Source: an uncultured Pelagibacteraceae bacterium
Lineage (GTDB): Bacteria; Pseudomonadota; Alphaproteobacteria; Pelagibacterales; Pelagibacteraceae
Length of the DNA: 64,000 nt
Direction: 5' to 3'
Assembly (NCBI GenBank): GCA_902515205.1
Contig: CABXTU010000002.1
Coordinates: 1,443 to 65,442, forward strand
A model generated the notes under the pieces. The model searched no databases. It was not told the DNA's origin and saw nothing but the letters and a program-made list of their open reading frames with translations. The position numbers and the translations under genes were made by a program. Positions 10,176-19,711 of the stretch are shown here, one piece after another; the stretch's first letter is position 1; each line of letters starts with the position of its first letter.

Positions 10176-11216
10176 ATGATTAAAGTAGGAGAGCACATTA
10201 CTTTAGATATTATAGGTGCAACAAAGGAATACGATCCCTCAATCTTCGAAGATGTTATAAATAAAATTGCCAAAGCTGCTAACGTAACTATTCTAAAAAT
10301 TTCAAAATATAAATTTGAACCACAAGGTTTTACCATTTTAGCTTTATTAGCAGAAAGTCATATTAGCTTTCATACATTCCCAGAGAAGGGAATAATTAGT
10401 TTTGATTTTTTTACATGTGGAAAAATTAGCCCAACTGTTGCAGTTAATATAATCAAAAAAGAGTTTAAGCATAAAAGAATAGTAAAAAAAAAATTTGATA
10501 GAGATACAAGGTCTCTTTATCATGATATTTATAGCTCGCCTGGATTACAAAAATCATATGTAGTTAATGAAGTTTTAGAAGATTTTAAATCTAAAGTCGG
10601 TCAACATATAGAAATTTTAGAACTAGAGCAATTTGGTAAATCTTTATTCATTGACGGTGAAATTCAAGTAGCTGCATCTGATGAGCATTTATACAGTTCA
10701 ACTTTTGTTGGAGGGGGATTAAATTTAAATAAAAACAATGATAGAGCTGCAATAATTGGTGGAGGCGATGGAGGAGTTGCAAGGGAATGTATATCTAAAA
10801 AATTTAATTTTATAGATTGGTATGAACTAGATCCTGAAGTAGTTGAAGTTTGCAATAAACACTTAGGAAATATCGGAAAAAAAGCCACTGAAAAAAATTC
10901 TGTAAAATGTGTATGGGGAGATGCATTTCAAAATATTAAATCAGTTAAAGAGGATTGCTATGATCACATATTTGTTGACTTAAATGATGATCAATTTTGT
11001 ATTGATTTAGCAGCAAAAAATATGGACTCTTTAGTAAGAATTTTAAAACCCAAAGGGGTTATTACTGCACAAGTAGGAAGTCAGGACAAAAAACCTCTTC
11101 AAGTTGAAAATTGGCTGAATGTATTTCATCATTATTTTGGAAATACTAGTTTATCGAGAGTTTATATACCTAGTTTTGATTGTTCTTGGAATTTTTCCTC
11201 ATCAATAAATCATTAA
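10176..11216 (+). CDS. speD-speE: S-adenosylmethionine decarboxylase / spermidine synthase fusion
   Basis: N-terminal LAESHISFHTFPE and FTCG (pyruvoyl AdoMetDC); C-terminal DGEIQ, IIGGGDGG, ELDPEV. Confidence 0.9.
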   Translation: MIKVGEHITLDIIGATKEYDPSIFEDVINKIAKAANVTILKISKYKFEPQGFTILALLAESHISFHTFPEKGIISFDFFTCGKISPTVAVNIIKKEFKHKRIVKKKFDRDTRSLYHDIYSSPGLQKSYVVNEVLEDFKSKVGQHIEILELEQFGKSLFIDGEIQVAASDEHLYSSTFVGGGLNLNKNNDRAAIIGGGDGGVARECISKKFNFIDWYELDPEVVEVCNKHLGNIGKKATEKNSVKCVWGDAFQNIKSVKEDCYDHIFVDLNDDQFCIDLAAKNMDSLVRILKPKGVITAQVGSQDKKPLQVENWLNVFHHYFGNTSLSRVYIPSFDCSWNFSSSINH

Positions 11217-11278
11217 TTTTTTCTTTTTAATACCCCTAAATTATGAAATACTAATTTTTTTTATTAAAGGAGATGACA

Positions 11279-12106
11279 ATGAATATATTTAAAAAAACTA
11301 TTTTTTCAGTTTTAATTTCTCTATTAGTAATAGGAAACGCTAATGCTGATAAAATAAGAATCGGAACAGAGGGAGCTTATCCTCCATGGAACTCAAAAAA
11401 TGAAGCAGGTAAGTTAATTGGATTTGAAGTTGAATTAGCCTGGTCACTTTGTAGATACATGGGAAAACAATGTACAATTGTTGAGCAAGATTGGGATGGA
11501 ATGATTCCAGCTTTAATCATGAGAAAATTTGATGCAATAATGGCAGGTATGTCAATTACTGCAGAAAGACAAAAAGCAATAAGTTTTTCTCAAGGTTATG
11601 CAGATGAAGTTGCATCATTAGCTGTGATGAAAGGTTCAAGTCTTGAAGGTTTAGATACTCCAGCTGGAATTAATTTAACTAAACCAAATTCTGGTGCAAA
11701 AAAAGCATTAAAAACTCTTACGGCTGCTTTAGCTGGAAAAACAGTTTGTACACAAACTGCTACAATTCATCAAAACTTTTTAGACTCTGGTGATGTTGGT
11801 AAAGTAAATGTACGAACTTATAAAACACAAGATGAAGTTAATTTGGATTTAGCATCAGGAAGATGTGATGCTGCATTAGCCGCTGCTGTTGCATTTAGTG
11901 ATTATGCAGAAAAATCTGGAAAACCAGTTGTTTTAACTGGACCAACTTTCTCTGGTGGTGCTTTTGGTAACGGTGTTGGAGTTGGTATTAGAAAAGATGA
12001 TACTGAACTCTTAAATGCATTTAACAAGGCAATTGATAAAGCGAGAAAAAACGGTGACATTAGTAGAATTGCTACTAAGTGGTTTGGTTTCGACGCTTCT
12101 ATGTAA
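11279..12106 (+). CDS. Polar amino acid ABC substrate-binding protein (Arg/Lys/octopine class)
   Basis: Signal peptide, IGTEGAYPPWN, QDWDGMIPAL, MSITAER; AAGGAG 6 nt before ATG 11279. Confidence 0.9.
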   Translation: MNIFKKTIFSVLISLLVIGNANADKIRIGTEGAYPPWNSKNEAGKLIGFEVELAWSLCRYMGKQCTIVEQDWDGMIPALIMRKFDAIMAGMSITAERQKAISFSQGYADEVASLAVMKGSSLEGLDTPAGINLTKPNSGAKKALKTLTAALAGKTVCTQTATIHQNFLDSGDVGKVNVRTYKTQDEVNLDLASGRCDAALAAAVAFSDYAEKSGKPVVLTGPTFSGGAFGNGVGVGIRKDDTELLNAFNKAIDKARKNGDISRIATKWFGFDASM

Positions 12107-12119
12107 TTAAATTTTAGAT

Positions 12120-12146
12120 TTGGCGACTATAATGTATAGTCGCCAA
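12120..12146 (+). terminator. Stem-loop between the SBP and permease genes (terminator or mRNA-stabilising hairpin)
   Basis: TTGGCGACTATA-ATG-TATAGTCGCCAA perfect 12-bp inverted repeat, weak U tail. Confidence 0.7.
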
Positions 12147-12151
12147 TCTTT

Positions 12152-12844
12152 ATGGAACTTCTAGCATTTGGAGATACTGGTTGGGGTGATGAGTTATTTT
12201 ATGCAACCCTGATGACAATAGCTGTTTCAGTGACAGCAATGTTTATTGGCTTTCTTTTCGCATTAATTTTTACTCCTTTAAAATTATCTAAAAATAGATT
12301 TTTAAATTTTTTAGCTAATTCTTATACAACAATAATTAGAGGTGTTCCTGAACTTTTGGTAATTTATCTTTTCTTTTTTGGGGGAACTGGTGCAGTTATG
12401 TTTGTTGCTTCAATATTTGGTTACAATGAATATATTGAAATAAATGCATTTATAACAGGTGCTTTTGCAATAGGGATAATTTCTGGTGCATATTCAACTG
12501 AGGTGTTTAGAGGAGCAATCCAATCAATTGATAAAGGTCAGTTTGAAGCTGCTAATGTACTTGGACTTAATAAATTTGGAAAATTTTTCAAAATTATTTT
12601 ACCTCAAACATTAAGATTAGCTATTCCAAACCTAAGCAATGTTTGGCAAATAACACTTAAAGATACTTCTTTGATTTCTGTAACTGGTTTGGTTGAAATA
12701 ATGAGACAATCTTATATTGCCGCAGGATCAACAAGAGATCCATTATTTTTCTATTCTTTTGCAGCAGTTTTATATTTAATACTAACATACTTAAGTATGA
12801 AACTAATTAATAAATTAGAACTCAAATATAATAGGGGGTACTGA
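12152..12844 (+). CDS. Polar amino acid ABC permease (HisQ/OccQ type)
   Basis: IRGVPEL, GQFEAA loop, LKDTSL. Confidence 0.9.
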   Translation: MELLAFGDTGWGDELFYATLMTIAVSVTAMFIGFLFALIFTPLKLSKNRFLNFLANSYTTIIRGVPELLVIYLFFFGGTGAVMFVASIFGYNEYIEINAFITGAFAIGIISGAYSTEVFRGAIQSIDKGQFEAANVLGLNKFGKFFKIILPQTLRLAIPNLSNVWQITLKDTSLISVTGLVEIMRQSYIAAGSTRDPLFFYSFAAVLYLILTYLSMKLINKLELKYNRGY

Positions 12845-13518
12845 TGGATTTTGAATTGATGACTAATAGTTTCCCAAAATTATTAAGTGCAACTGTCATT
12901 ACACTAAAACTTTTATCAGTGTCTCTTTTTATTGGTTTATTTATAGGATTAATTTTTGCAATTTTAAGATTAAATAAGAATATAATTACTAATAAATTTG
13001 CATATGGTTATTCATATGTATTTAGAGGAACACCTCTACTTGTTCAAATTTTTATTATTTATTTTGGTTTAGGCCAAATAGAATTCCTAAGATCAACATT
13101 TTTATGGGTAATTTTAAAAGAACCTTATTGGTGTGCAATAATTGCGTTTTCATTGAACACAGGTGCCTATACTTCAGAAATATTACGATCAGCGTTTCAA
13201 ACAATTAAACCAGGTATAGTTGAAGCTGGTAAAAGTTTAGGAATACCAAATAAAATTATCTTTTATAAAATACAAATTCCAATAGCGATTAGACAATCGT
13301 TACCAGCTTATGGAAATGAAATTATTTTAATGATGAAGGGTACTTCATTAGCTAGCACAGTTACGATTATGGATCTTACAGGGGTTGCAAAATATATAAT
13401 TTCAACAACATTTAAACCTGTAGAGGTCTTTATAGTTGCTGGTGGAATTTATTTATTTATGACTTTTATTTTTCATAATTTAATAAAATTTCTTGAAAAG
13501 AAATATAGTTTTAATTGA
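12844..13518 (+). CDS. Polar amino acid ABC permease (HisM/OccM type)
   Basis: FRGTPLLVQ, AYTSEI, LPAYGNE, KGTSLAS. Confidence 0.9.
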   Translation: MDFELMTNSFPKLLSATVITLKLLSVSLFIGLFIGLIFAILRLNKNIITNKFAYGYSYVFRGTPLLVQIFIIYFGLGQIEFLRSTFLWVILKEPYWCAIIAFSLNTGAYTSEILRSAFQTIKPGIVEAGKSLGIPNKIIFYKIQIPIAIRQSLPAYGNEIILMMKGTSLASTVTIMDLTGVAKYIISTTFKPVEVFIVAGGIYLFMTFIFHNLIKFLEKKYSFN

Positions 13519-13574
13519 ATCAAATAGTTTAAAATTATTCATTAAATAAAATACTGTGATATCATATAAAAAAT

Positions 13575-14516
13575 ATGTCTAATATTTTAATTATCAAACA
13601 TGGTTCTTTAGGAGATATAGTTCAAGCAAGTGGCGCAATTCAAGACATATATGAAAATCACAAAAATAATCGAATTTATTTATTAACTACAAAAACTTAT
13701 TTAAAAGTATTCAAAAAAAATCCATTTATTCATGAGGTAATTCTAGATAAAAGATTACCCAGGTATAATTTGATTTACTTGTATTTTTTGATGAGAGAAC
13801 TTAAGAAATATAGTTTTTCAAAAGTGTTTGATTTACAAAATTCCTCTAGAACAAATTTTTATAAGAATATTCTTTTTCCTAAGGCAAAAAAAGAAACATG
13901 GTCTAGTTCAATTACAACTTTGCCTGAAGTGATAAATAAAAAAGAATTTGATAAACATTCTGTTCTAGATAGATTTAATCATCAATTACAAACCTCAGGA
14001 CTAAAAACATCTAATACCTTAAATCCTGATTTTAGTTGGGCTTGTTCTGGAATCAGTGATATTAAAAACCACTTTAAACTAGAAAAATTTATTTTATTAT
14101 TTCCTTTTTGTTCACCTCACCTGCATATTAAGAAATGGCCTTATTATAATGATCTTATAAAACTTATTTCAGATAAATTTGGCAATGAATACAAGATTGT
14201 TACCGCTCCGGGTCCTACAGAAATAAATGACGCAAAGGAAATTAATGCTCAGATTTTATTAGATAATGGAAAAGCACTCGATATTTCACAATTAACATCT
14301 CTAGTCAAAAATAGTACTTTTGTTATAGCAAATGATACAGGACCAGCACATATTGCAGCTCATGTTGGAGCAAAAGGTTTAACTTTATTTGGAAAACATA
14401 CAACAGCTTACAAAGTCAGTATTGAAAGAGAAAACTTTAAAGCTATTGAGGTAACAGATTTAAATAACTTAAGTGCAGAAAAAGTTTTAGAAAGATTAAT
14501 TAATTCTTTAACTTAG
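13575..14516 (+). CDS. Glycosyltransferase family 9 (LPS heptosyltransferase-like)
   Basis: IIKHGSLGD, DLQNSSR, KKWP, NDTGPAHIAA. Confidence 0.85.
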   Translation: MSNILIIKHGSLGDIVQASGAIQDIYENHKNNRIYLLTTKTYLKVFKKNPFIHEVILDKRLPRYNLIYLYFLMRELKKYSFSKVFDLQNSSRTNFYKNILFPKAKKETWSSSITTLPEVINKKEFDKHSVLDRFNHQLQTSGLKTSNTLNPDFSWACSGISDIKNHFKLEKFILLFPFCSPHLHIKKWPYYNDLIKLISDKFGNEYKIVTAPGPTEINDAKEINAQILLDNGKALDISQLTSLVKNSTFVIANDTGPAHIAAHVGAKGLTLFGKHTTAYKVSIERENFKAIEVTDLNNLSAEKVLERLINSLT

Positions 14517-14538
14517 TTTTTTTCTAAAAATCTTAAAA

Positions 14539-15426
14539 TTAATTATTAATATCAACTCTTTTTCTAATTATTTCTTTTTCTAGCTTCATTTCTCTATAAG
14601 AAATTATTAATACACCAGTAAATATTATAATTGCACCAACCCAAGTATGCAGATCTGGAACTTCATCAAATACAAAATATCCAATAATAGATGCAAAAAT
14701 TAAATTTAAAAAAGAATAAGGTTGAGTCATACTTACATCAACTAATTTAAATGCATGGTTGAGAGTTAAATGTAAAACTGTTCCACAAATTGCTGCTAAG
14801 ATTAAATAGATAAATGTTTTTAAGCTGGGCATTTCCCAAAAAAATAAAACAATAAAAAAACTTAGTAAGCTCATAAAGATAGATTGATACGCTAAAATTG
14901 TAATTGCGCTATCATTTTTAGAAATTTTTTTAGTTATAATTATATTAATTGACCAAAGTAATGCTGAAAATAAAACCATATAAACACCAATAGATATATC
15001 TACAAAACCAGGTCGAATAATTATTAACATTCCACTGAATCCAAGTATTAATGCTAAAGTTCGATATATATAAATCTTTTCTCCTAAAAAAAAAACTGCA
15101 AGTATCGTTACAATTAATGGAACAACAAAAGATATTGCGGTAAGTTTCTCAATAGGAAGTAGCACTAGAGCAGAAAAATATAAAAGCATTGCTGGTAAAC
15201 CAAGTATTGCCCTTAAGAAATGTTGTTTAAGATGGGTTGTTTTTAATACAGCATCTTTTTTTTTAATTATGTAGGGCAAAATTATTACTAACCCTAAAAA
15301 AAATCTAAAAAAACCGGCTACATAAACGTTAACATCTTCTTGAGCTACTTTTAAGAAAGAGAGCATTACAGTTCCAAAAAAAACAGAAGTGATTATTAAA
15401 AAAATAGCTAATTTATTATTGTACAT
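14539..15426 (-). CDS. DMT/EamA family transporter
   Basis: About 10 TM segments, duplicated EamA pattern (FLGEK; GYFVFDEVP). Confidence 0.85.
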   Translation of the reverse strand: MYNNKLAIFLIITSVFFGTVMLSFLKVAQEDVNVYVAGFFRFFLGLVIILPYIIKKKDAVLKTTHLKQHFLRAILGLPAMLLYFSALVLLPIEKLTAISFVVPLIVTILAVFFLGEKIYIYRTLALILGFSGMLIIIRPGFVDISIGVYMVLFSALLWSINIIITKKISKNDSAITILAYQSIFMSLLSFFIVLFFWEMPSLKTFIYLILAAICGTVLHLTLNHAFKLVDVSMTQPYSFLNLIFASIIGYFVFDEVPDLHTWVGAIIIFTGVLIISYREMKLEKEIIRKRVDINN

Positions 15427-15465
15427 TAACACGACACTATATGTAAATCTTCAGCGTAAACAATC

Positions 15466-16548
15466 TTAGTTAAATATATTTTTATATTTCTCTATTATGT
15501 TAGACCAATAAAACTTTGAGACCGTATCTTTAGCAATTTTACCATACTCCAAATATTTTTTATTTTCTAACATCAAATTAATAGATGAATAGACAGCATC
15601 TAAGTTATTTCCATCACAAATCAATCCAGTTTTTTCATGTTCAATTGCATCAGCTGCGCCACCATCTTTTCCACCGATAGATGGAATTCCATATTGAGCA
15701 GCCTCTATATAAGCTATACCAAAACCTTCCACTGAAGTTTTATATAATATAGATGGCATAACAAAGATATTTGATTTAGCTATTAATGCATTTTTTAAAT
15801 CATAATTTATATTTTTAAAGAACATTACTTGTGACGTTAGATCTAATTCTTCAACTAATTTTTTTATATTTTCTTCTTCGTCGCCATAACCAATACAAAT
15901 ATAAACAATATCAGGGTACAATTGTTTTAAATTTCTCAGTGCCATAATTATCTTTTCATGATTTTTTCTTTTATCAAATCTAGAAACAGTAATTAGTCTA
16001 GGTGTTTTTACTTTTAAAAGACTTTCAACTTTTTCAAGAGATTTTTTATTTAACTCTTGAACTGGATCAGCTCCAGGATTTATAACTATAACTTTTTCTT
16101 GTTCTACACCATTATTTATTGCTAAATCCTTTGTATACTCAGAATTTGCAATTACTTTTTCTACATTATTAAGAACTTTTATAACCCTTCTATTTAGTGA
16201 GCTTCCTAAAGGATGATTGATTTCCTTACCATGAACTAAACAATACTTTTTTTTATCAGTTTTTATCAACTCTAAACTTTTCCAGTGATCAGCAATGATC
16301 CCCTCAACTTTATTTTCTTTTAAAAATTCATTTATTAATTGAGCTTTTCTTATTTTCCTTAGAAATTTTATTCCACCAACTCTTTCAATTGAAAAATTAG
16401 CTTGTTCATCAAAATTCTTGTGATCTTCATGATAATCTGCAAAAACTTTAATCATGAAATTTTTTGACATTTCACGGGATAAACCCCACATCAAACTTTG
16501 CATCCCACCTAATTCTGGTGGAAAAGTTCTAGTAACAATAAGATACAT
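15466..16548 (-). CDS. Glycosyltransferase family 4
   Basis: FPPELGGMQ, SRFDKRKNH, EGFGIAYIEA; likely start ATG 16548. Confidence 0.9.
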   Translation of the reverse strand: MYLIVTRTFPPELGGMQSLMWGLSREMSKNFMIKVFADYHEDHKNFDEQANFSIERVGGIKFLRKIRKAQLINEFLKENKVEGIIADHWKSLELIKTDKKKYCLVHGKEINHPLGSSLNRRVIKVLNNVEKVIANSEYTKDLAINNGVEQEKVIVINPGADPVQELNKKSLEKVESLLKVKTPRLITVSRFDKRKNHEKIIMALRNLKQLYPDIVYICIGYGDEEENIKKLVEELDLTSQVMFFKNINYDLKNALIAKSNIFVMPSILYKTSVEGFGIAYIEAAQYGIPSIGGKDGGAADAIEHEKTGLICDGNNLDAVYSSINLMLENKKYLEYGKIAKDTVSKFYWSNIIEKYKNIFN

Positions 16549-17102
16549 TAATTGGTTTTCCACTTAATACCACATCCAGCACTAGGTATTTGATTTTCAG
16601 GTCCATTTCCTGTTTCTGATATTTGTTTCATGGCTTTGAGTAAGTCACTTTCTCTATTTCTAACAGGGATAAGTTTCTTAAGTTCTCTCAATCTACCTCT
16701 GTACTGAAGTTCTAAATTTTTATTATAACCAAAAAAATCTGGAGTACACACTGCATCATAAGTTTTTGCAATTTCTTGAGTTTCGTCATTTAAATATGGA
16801 AAATTAAATTGATTTTCTTTTGAAAATTTAATCATATTTTCAAATGAGTCCTCTGGATAATTTTCAGCATCATTAGCGCAAATAGCTACAGAATTTACAC
16901 CAATTTTTTTTAATTCATTACAATCTTCAATAATGTCTTTTGTTATAGCTTTAACATATGGGCAATGATTACATATAAACATAATTAATGTTCCTTTTTC
17001 ACCTTTGACATCTGCTAAAGAAAGGATTTTACCCTCCGTTGATTTAAGCTTAAAGTCATGGGCCTTTTGACCAAAATCACATATTGGAGTTTTTATTGGC
17101 AT
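16548..17102 (-). CDS. Thioredoxin-fold AhpC/TSA family protein
   Basis: FICNHCPYV, YPEDSF, CTPDFF, GCGIKW. Confidence 0.85.
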   Translation of the reverse strand: MPIKTPICDFGQKAHDFKLKSTEGKILSLADVKGEKGTLIMFICNHCPYVKAITKDIIEDCNELKKIGVNSVAICANDAENYPEDSFENMIKFSKENQFNFPYLNDETQEIAKTYDAVCTPDFFGYNKNLELQYRGRLRELKKLIPVRNRESDLLKAMKQISETGNGPENQIPSAGCGIKWKTN

Positions 17103-17122
17103 AATGTAATAATATATAAATT

Positions 17123-17635
17123 ATGTTTTACGATTTAAAAGATAAAAAACCAAAAAACTCTGGCGAAAATTGGGTAGCGCCTAATGCAACTATTATAGGC
17201 GATGTTACATTAGAAAAAAATTCTAGTATATGGTTTAATGCTACTCTAAGAGGAGATATTGAAAATATTCATATAGGCGAGGGGTCAAATGTCCAAGATG
17301 GATGTGTTTTGCATACTGATCCAGGTTATCCGTTAAAAGTTGGAAAAGATGTAACAGTCGGTCATTTAGTTATGCTTCATGGATGTACAATAGGGGATAA
17401 TAGTTTGATTGGCATTGGTGCGGTAATTTTAAATAACGCAAAAATAGGAAAAAATTGTATTATTGGTGCTAAAGCTTTGATTACAGAGAATAAAGAAATA
17501 CCAGATAACTCATTAGTGATTGGCTCCCCAGGTAAAATAGTGAGAGAAATCACAGAAAAAGAAAAAAAAGCTGTATTTGAAAATACTAAACATTATCAAG
17601 ATAACTGGAAAAAATATTCTAAATCTGTATTTTAA
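17123..17635 (+). CDS. Gamma-carbonic anhydrase family (YrdA-like)
   Basis: IIGDV, LRGD, SNVQDG, VTVGH..MLHGC, hexapeptide repeats. Confidence 0.9.
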   Translation: MFYDLKDKKPKNSGENWVAPNATIIGDVTLEKNSSIWFNATLRGDIENIHIGEGSNVQDGCVLHTDPGYPLKVGKDVTVGHLVMLHGCTIGDNSLIGIGAVILNNAKIGKNCIIGAKALITENKEIPDNSLVIGSPGKIVREITEKEKKAVFENTKHYQDNWKKYSKSVF

Positions 17636-17639
17636 TTAA

Positions 17640-18662
17640 ATGAAAAAAATATTTATATTATTAATTTCTCTATTTACAATTAATTCGTCATTAATAGCAG
17701 CTCCTTTAAAATCTCCTTTAGATAAATTATTTAAATATTTTAAAAATGGTGAAATGATTAAAATCAATTCATATAACGCAAAAAATTATATGGATATTAA
17801 AGATGGAACTTATAAAAAATCTCCATTAGAAATAGATGCATTTATAGCATATCCTAAAAAAGGTGAAGGACCTTTCCCTCTAGTAATGTTTGCTCATGCG
17901 AGTGGTGGCCCACTTTTATTTACTGATAAATGGTTTAAGTTCAATAGACTAGCCGCCAAATCTTTACAGAAAAAAGGAATTGCAGTTATGTTTATAGATA
18001 ATTTTGCCCCTCGAGGAACTTATACAACTCATGCAAATCAACAAAAGGTCCCACATTGGTCTACTTTTATTGATACTTTTATGGCTCTTAAACACGTTTC
18101 AGAAGATCCTAAAATAAATATTAATAAAGTGGGAATAACAGGTTGGTCAAGAGGAGGTGCAATTTCTATTATGGCTTCAGAAAAAAAGTTAAGAGATGCA
18201 CTTATTGATAAAAATTTATTTTTTGCAGCTGCTCAACCTAGATCACCACCATGTTGGAGCATTGGTATGTTCAAAAATCCAACACCAACACCAGAGACAA
18301 AAACTTGGATGGTTTTAGGTGGTGCTGACGATTATACAGCAGCAGAACCATGTGTTGAACTAGGTAAAAAAATTAAAGCTAATGGTGGAAACATCGAGGT
18401 TACAGTTAAAAAAGGATGGCATCATGGTTTTACAGCTAACTATGAAGAAGAATGGGAAAAAGAAGGTATGGTATTTACCAATTGTCCGGGTTTTTTTACT
18501 AATGATGATGGAACAACTAGTTCAACTGATCCAAATTATAAATGGGCCAAATCATGGTGGACTGACAAGTGTATAAAAAGGGGCGCACATATTGGGGGTG
18601 ACAAGGGTGGAGTCTTTAAATCTAAGTTTGTAAAATTTTTTAAGAAAGAATTTCTTAATTAA
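17640..18662 (+). CDS. Exported dienelactone-hydrolase-family alpha/beta hydrolase
   Basis: Signal peptide; GWSRGG (Ser), DDYT (Asp), HHGF (His). Confidence 0.75.
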   Translation: MKKIFILLISLFTINSSLIAAPLKSPLDKLFKYFKNGEMIKINSYNAKNYMDIKDGTYKKSPLEIDAFIAYPKKGEGPFPLVMFAHASGGPLLFTDKWFKFNRLAAKSLQKKGIAVMFIDNFAPRGTYTTHANQQKVPHWSTFIDTFMALKHVSEDPKININKVGITGWSRGGAISIMASEKKLRDALIDKNLFFAAAQPRSPPCWSIGMFKNPTPTPETKTWMVLGGADDYTAAEPCVELGKKIKANGGNIEVTVKKGWHHGFTANYEEEWEKEGMVFTNCPGFFTNDDGTTSSTDPNYKWAKSWWTDKCIKRGAHIGGDKGGVFKSKFVKFFKKEFLN

Positions 18663-18663
18663 A

Positions 18664-19104
18664 ATGCCGACATATACAGTCACAAATTCAAACTTCAATT
18701 TATCCTCAAAACAACAAAAAAAATTAGCTGCAGGAATTACAAAAGTTCATAATCAAGTAACTGGTGCGAATACATATTTTGCACAAGTAATATTTAATAA
18801 AACAAAAAAAAATAATCATTTTATGGGTGGAAAAAAAGTGAAGGAGCCATCTTTATTTTTACTTGGTCAAATTAGAGCAGGTCGATCAAAAGAGGTTAAA
18901 GACAAATTAATTTCAGATTTAAAACATGTATTAGTAAAAAATTCCAAATTAGATGAGACCCAAGTATGGGTTTATATTGACGATCTTCCCCCAGCTCAAA
19001 TGATTGAATACGGGGCTGTCTTACCAGAGTCAGGCAAAGAGAAACAGTGGTTTGCAAATTTACCTTTAAGATTAAAGAAAAAATTAGCGGCTATTGAAAA
19101 ATAA
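18664..19104 (+). CDS. Tautomerase superfamily, cis-CaaD/Cg10062 subgroup
   Basis: After Met removal: Pro1, His28, Arg70, Arg73, Tyr103, Glu114. Confidence 0.85.
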   Translation: MPTYTVTNSNFNLSSKQQKKLAAGITKVHNQVTGANTYFAQVIFNKTKKNNHFMGGKKVKEPSLFLLGQIRAGRSKEVKDKLISDLKHVLVKNSKLDETQVWVYIDDLPPAQMIEYGAVLPESGKEKQWFANLPLRLKKKLAAIEK

Positions 19105-19105
19105 T

Positions 19106-19705
19106 TTAAGGAACTAACCAATCATTCTTGTTTTTTTCAAAGTCAAACTTGGCTCTTCGATGTCCTTTGGCAGCAAGATATAACCATTCAACAGATTTAA
19201 TTTTACATTTAATCACAGTAAAGTTTTTATAACCTTCTTCACTTTGTTCCATAGTATAATCAAAATCTTCTAATTTGGATATCATTCCCGATGTTGGATT
19301 ATTTGATGTGGATCCCGGAGGGCTATCAGTTAAATAGCAACGTCTACTTATATGCTGAGTTTTTTTCCAGGACTCTTCGGTTATAGAATTTTGATTATTA
19401 ACCTCACACTCTACTTTAACTCTTAATTGGATCTTTTGTTCTTTGTCATAAAAAACCAGAGAGGCATTCTTATTTTTCTTAAGAATATCTACCTTAGGAG
19501 ATCTTAAATCTGTGTGAAATTGTAATAGATTATTTTCCCTATCTGATTTACGTAAGACAACTATTCTACCATCAACTTCATTTTGATGAGCACAAATGAA
19601 AACAGGTATTCTAAACTGCGAACCTCTATTAGTTATTGCATCATCTAGCATAGACCAATATTTATTTTGAATTTCTTCTAGATTTTCATAGTATGCTGGT
19701 TGCAT
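19106..19705 (-). CDS. Pyridoxamine 5'-phosphate oxidase-like FMN-binding protein
   Basis: RIVVLR, FHTDLRSPK, IQLR, EWLYL...HRR. Confidence 0.8.
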   Translation of the reverse strand: MQPAYYENLEEIQNKYWSMLDDAITNRGSQFRIPVFICAHQNEVDGRIVVLRKSDRENNLLQFHTDLRSPKVDILKKNKNASLVFYDKEQKIQLRVKVECEVNNQNSITEESWKKTQHISRRCYLTDSPPGSTSNNPTSGMISKLEDFDYTMEQSEEGYKNFTVIKCKIKSVEWLYLAAKGHRRAKFDFEKNKNDWLVP

Positions 19706-19711
19706 ACAGTT

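Noticed and set aside
8328-10888. Short minus-strand ORFs (8328, 8990, 9299, 9514, 9648, 10097, 10664)
   Set aside because: Antisense shadows of mtnP/mtnA/aldolase/speDE with no motifs
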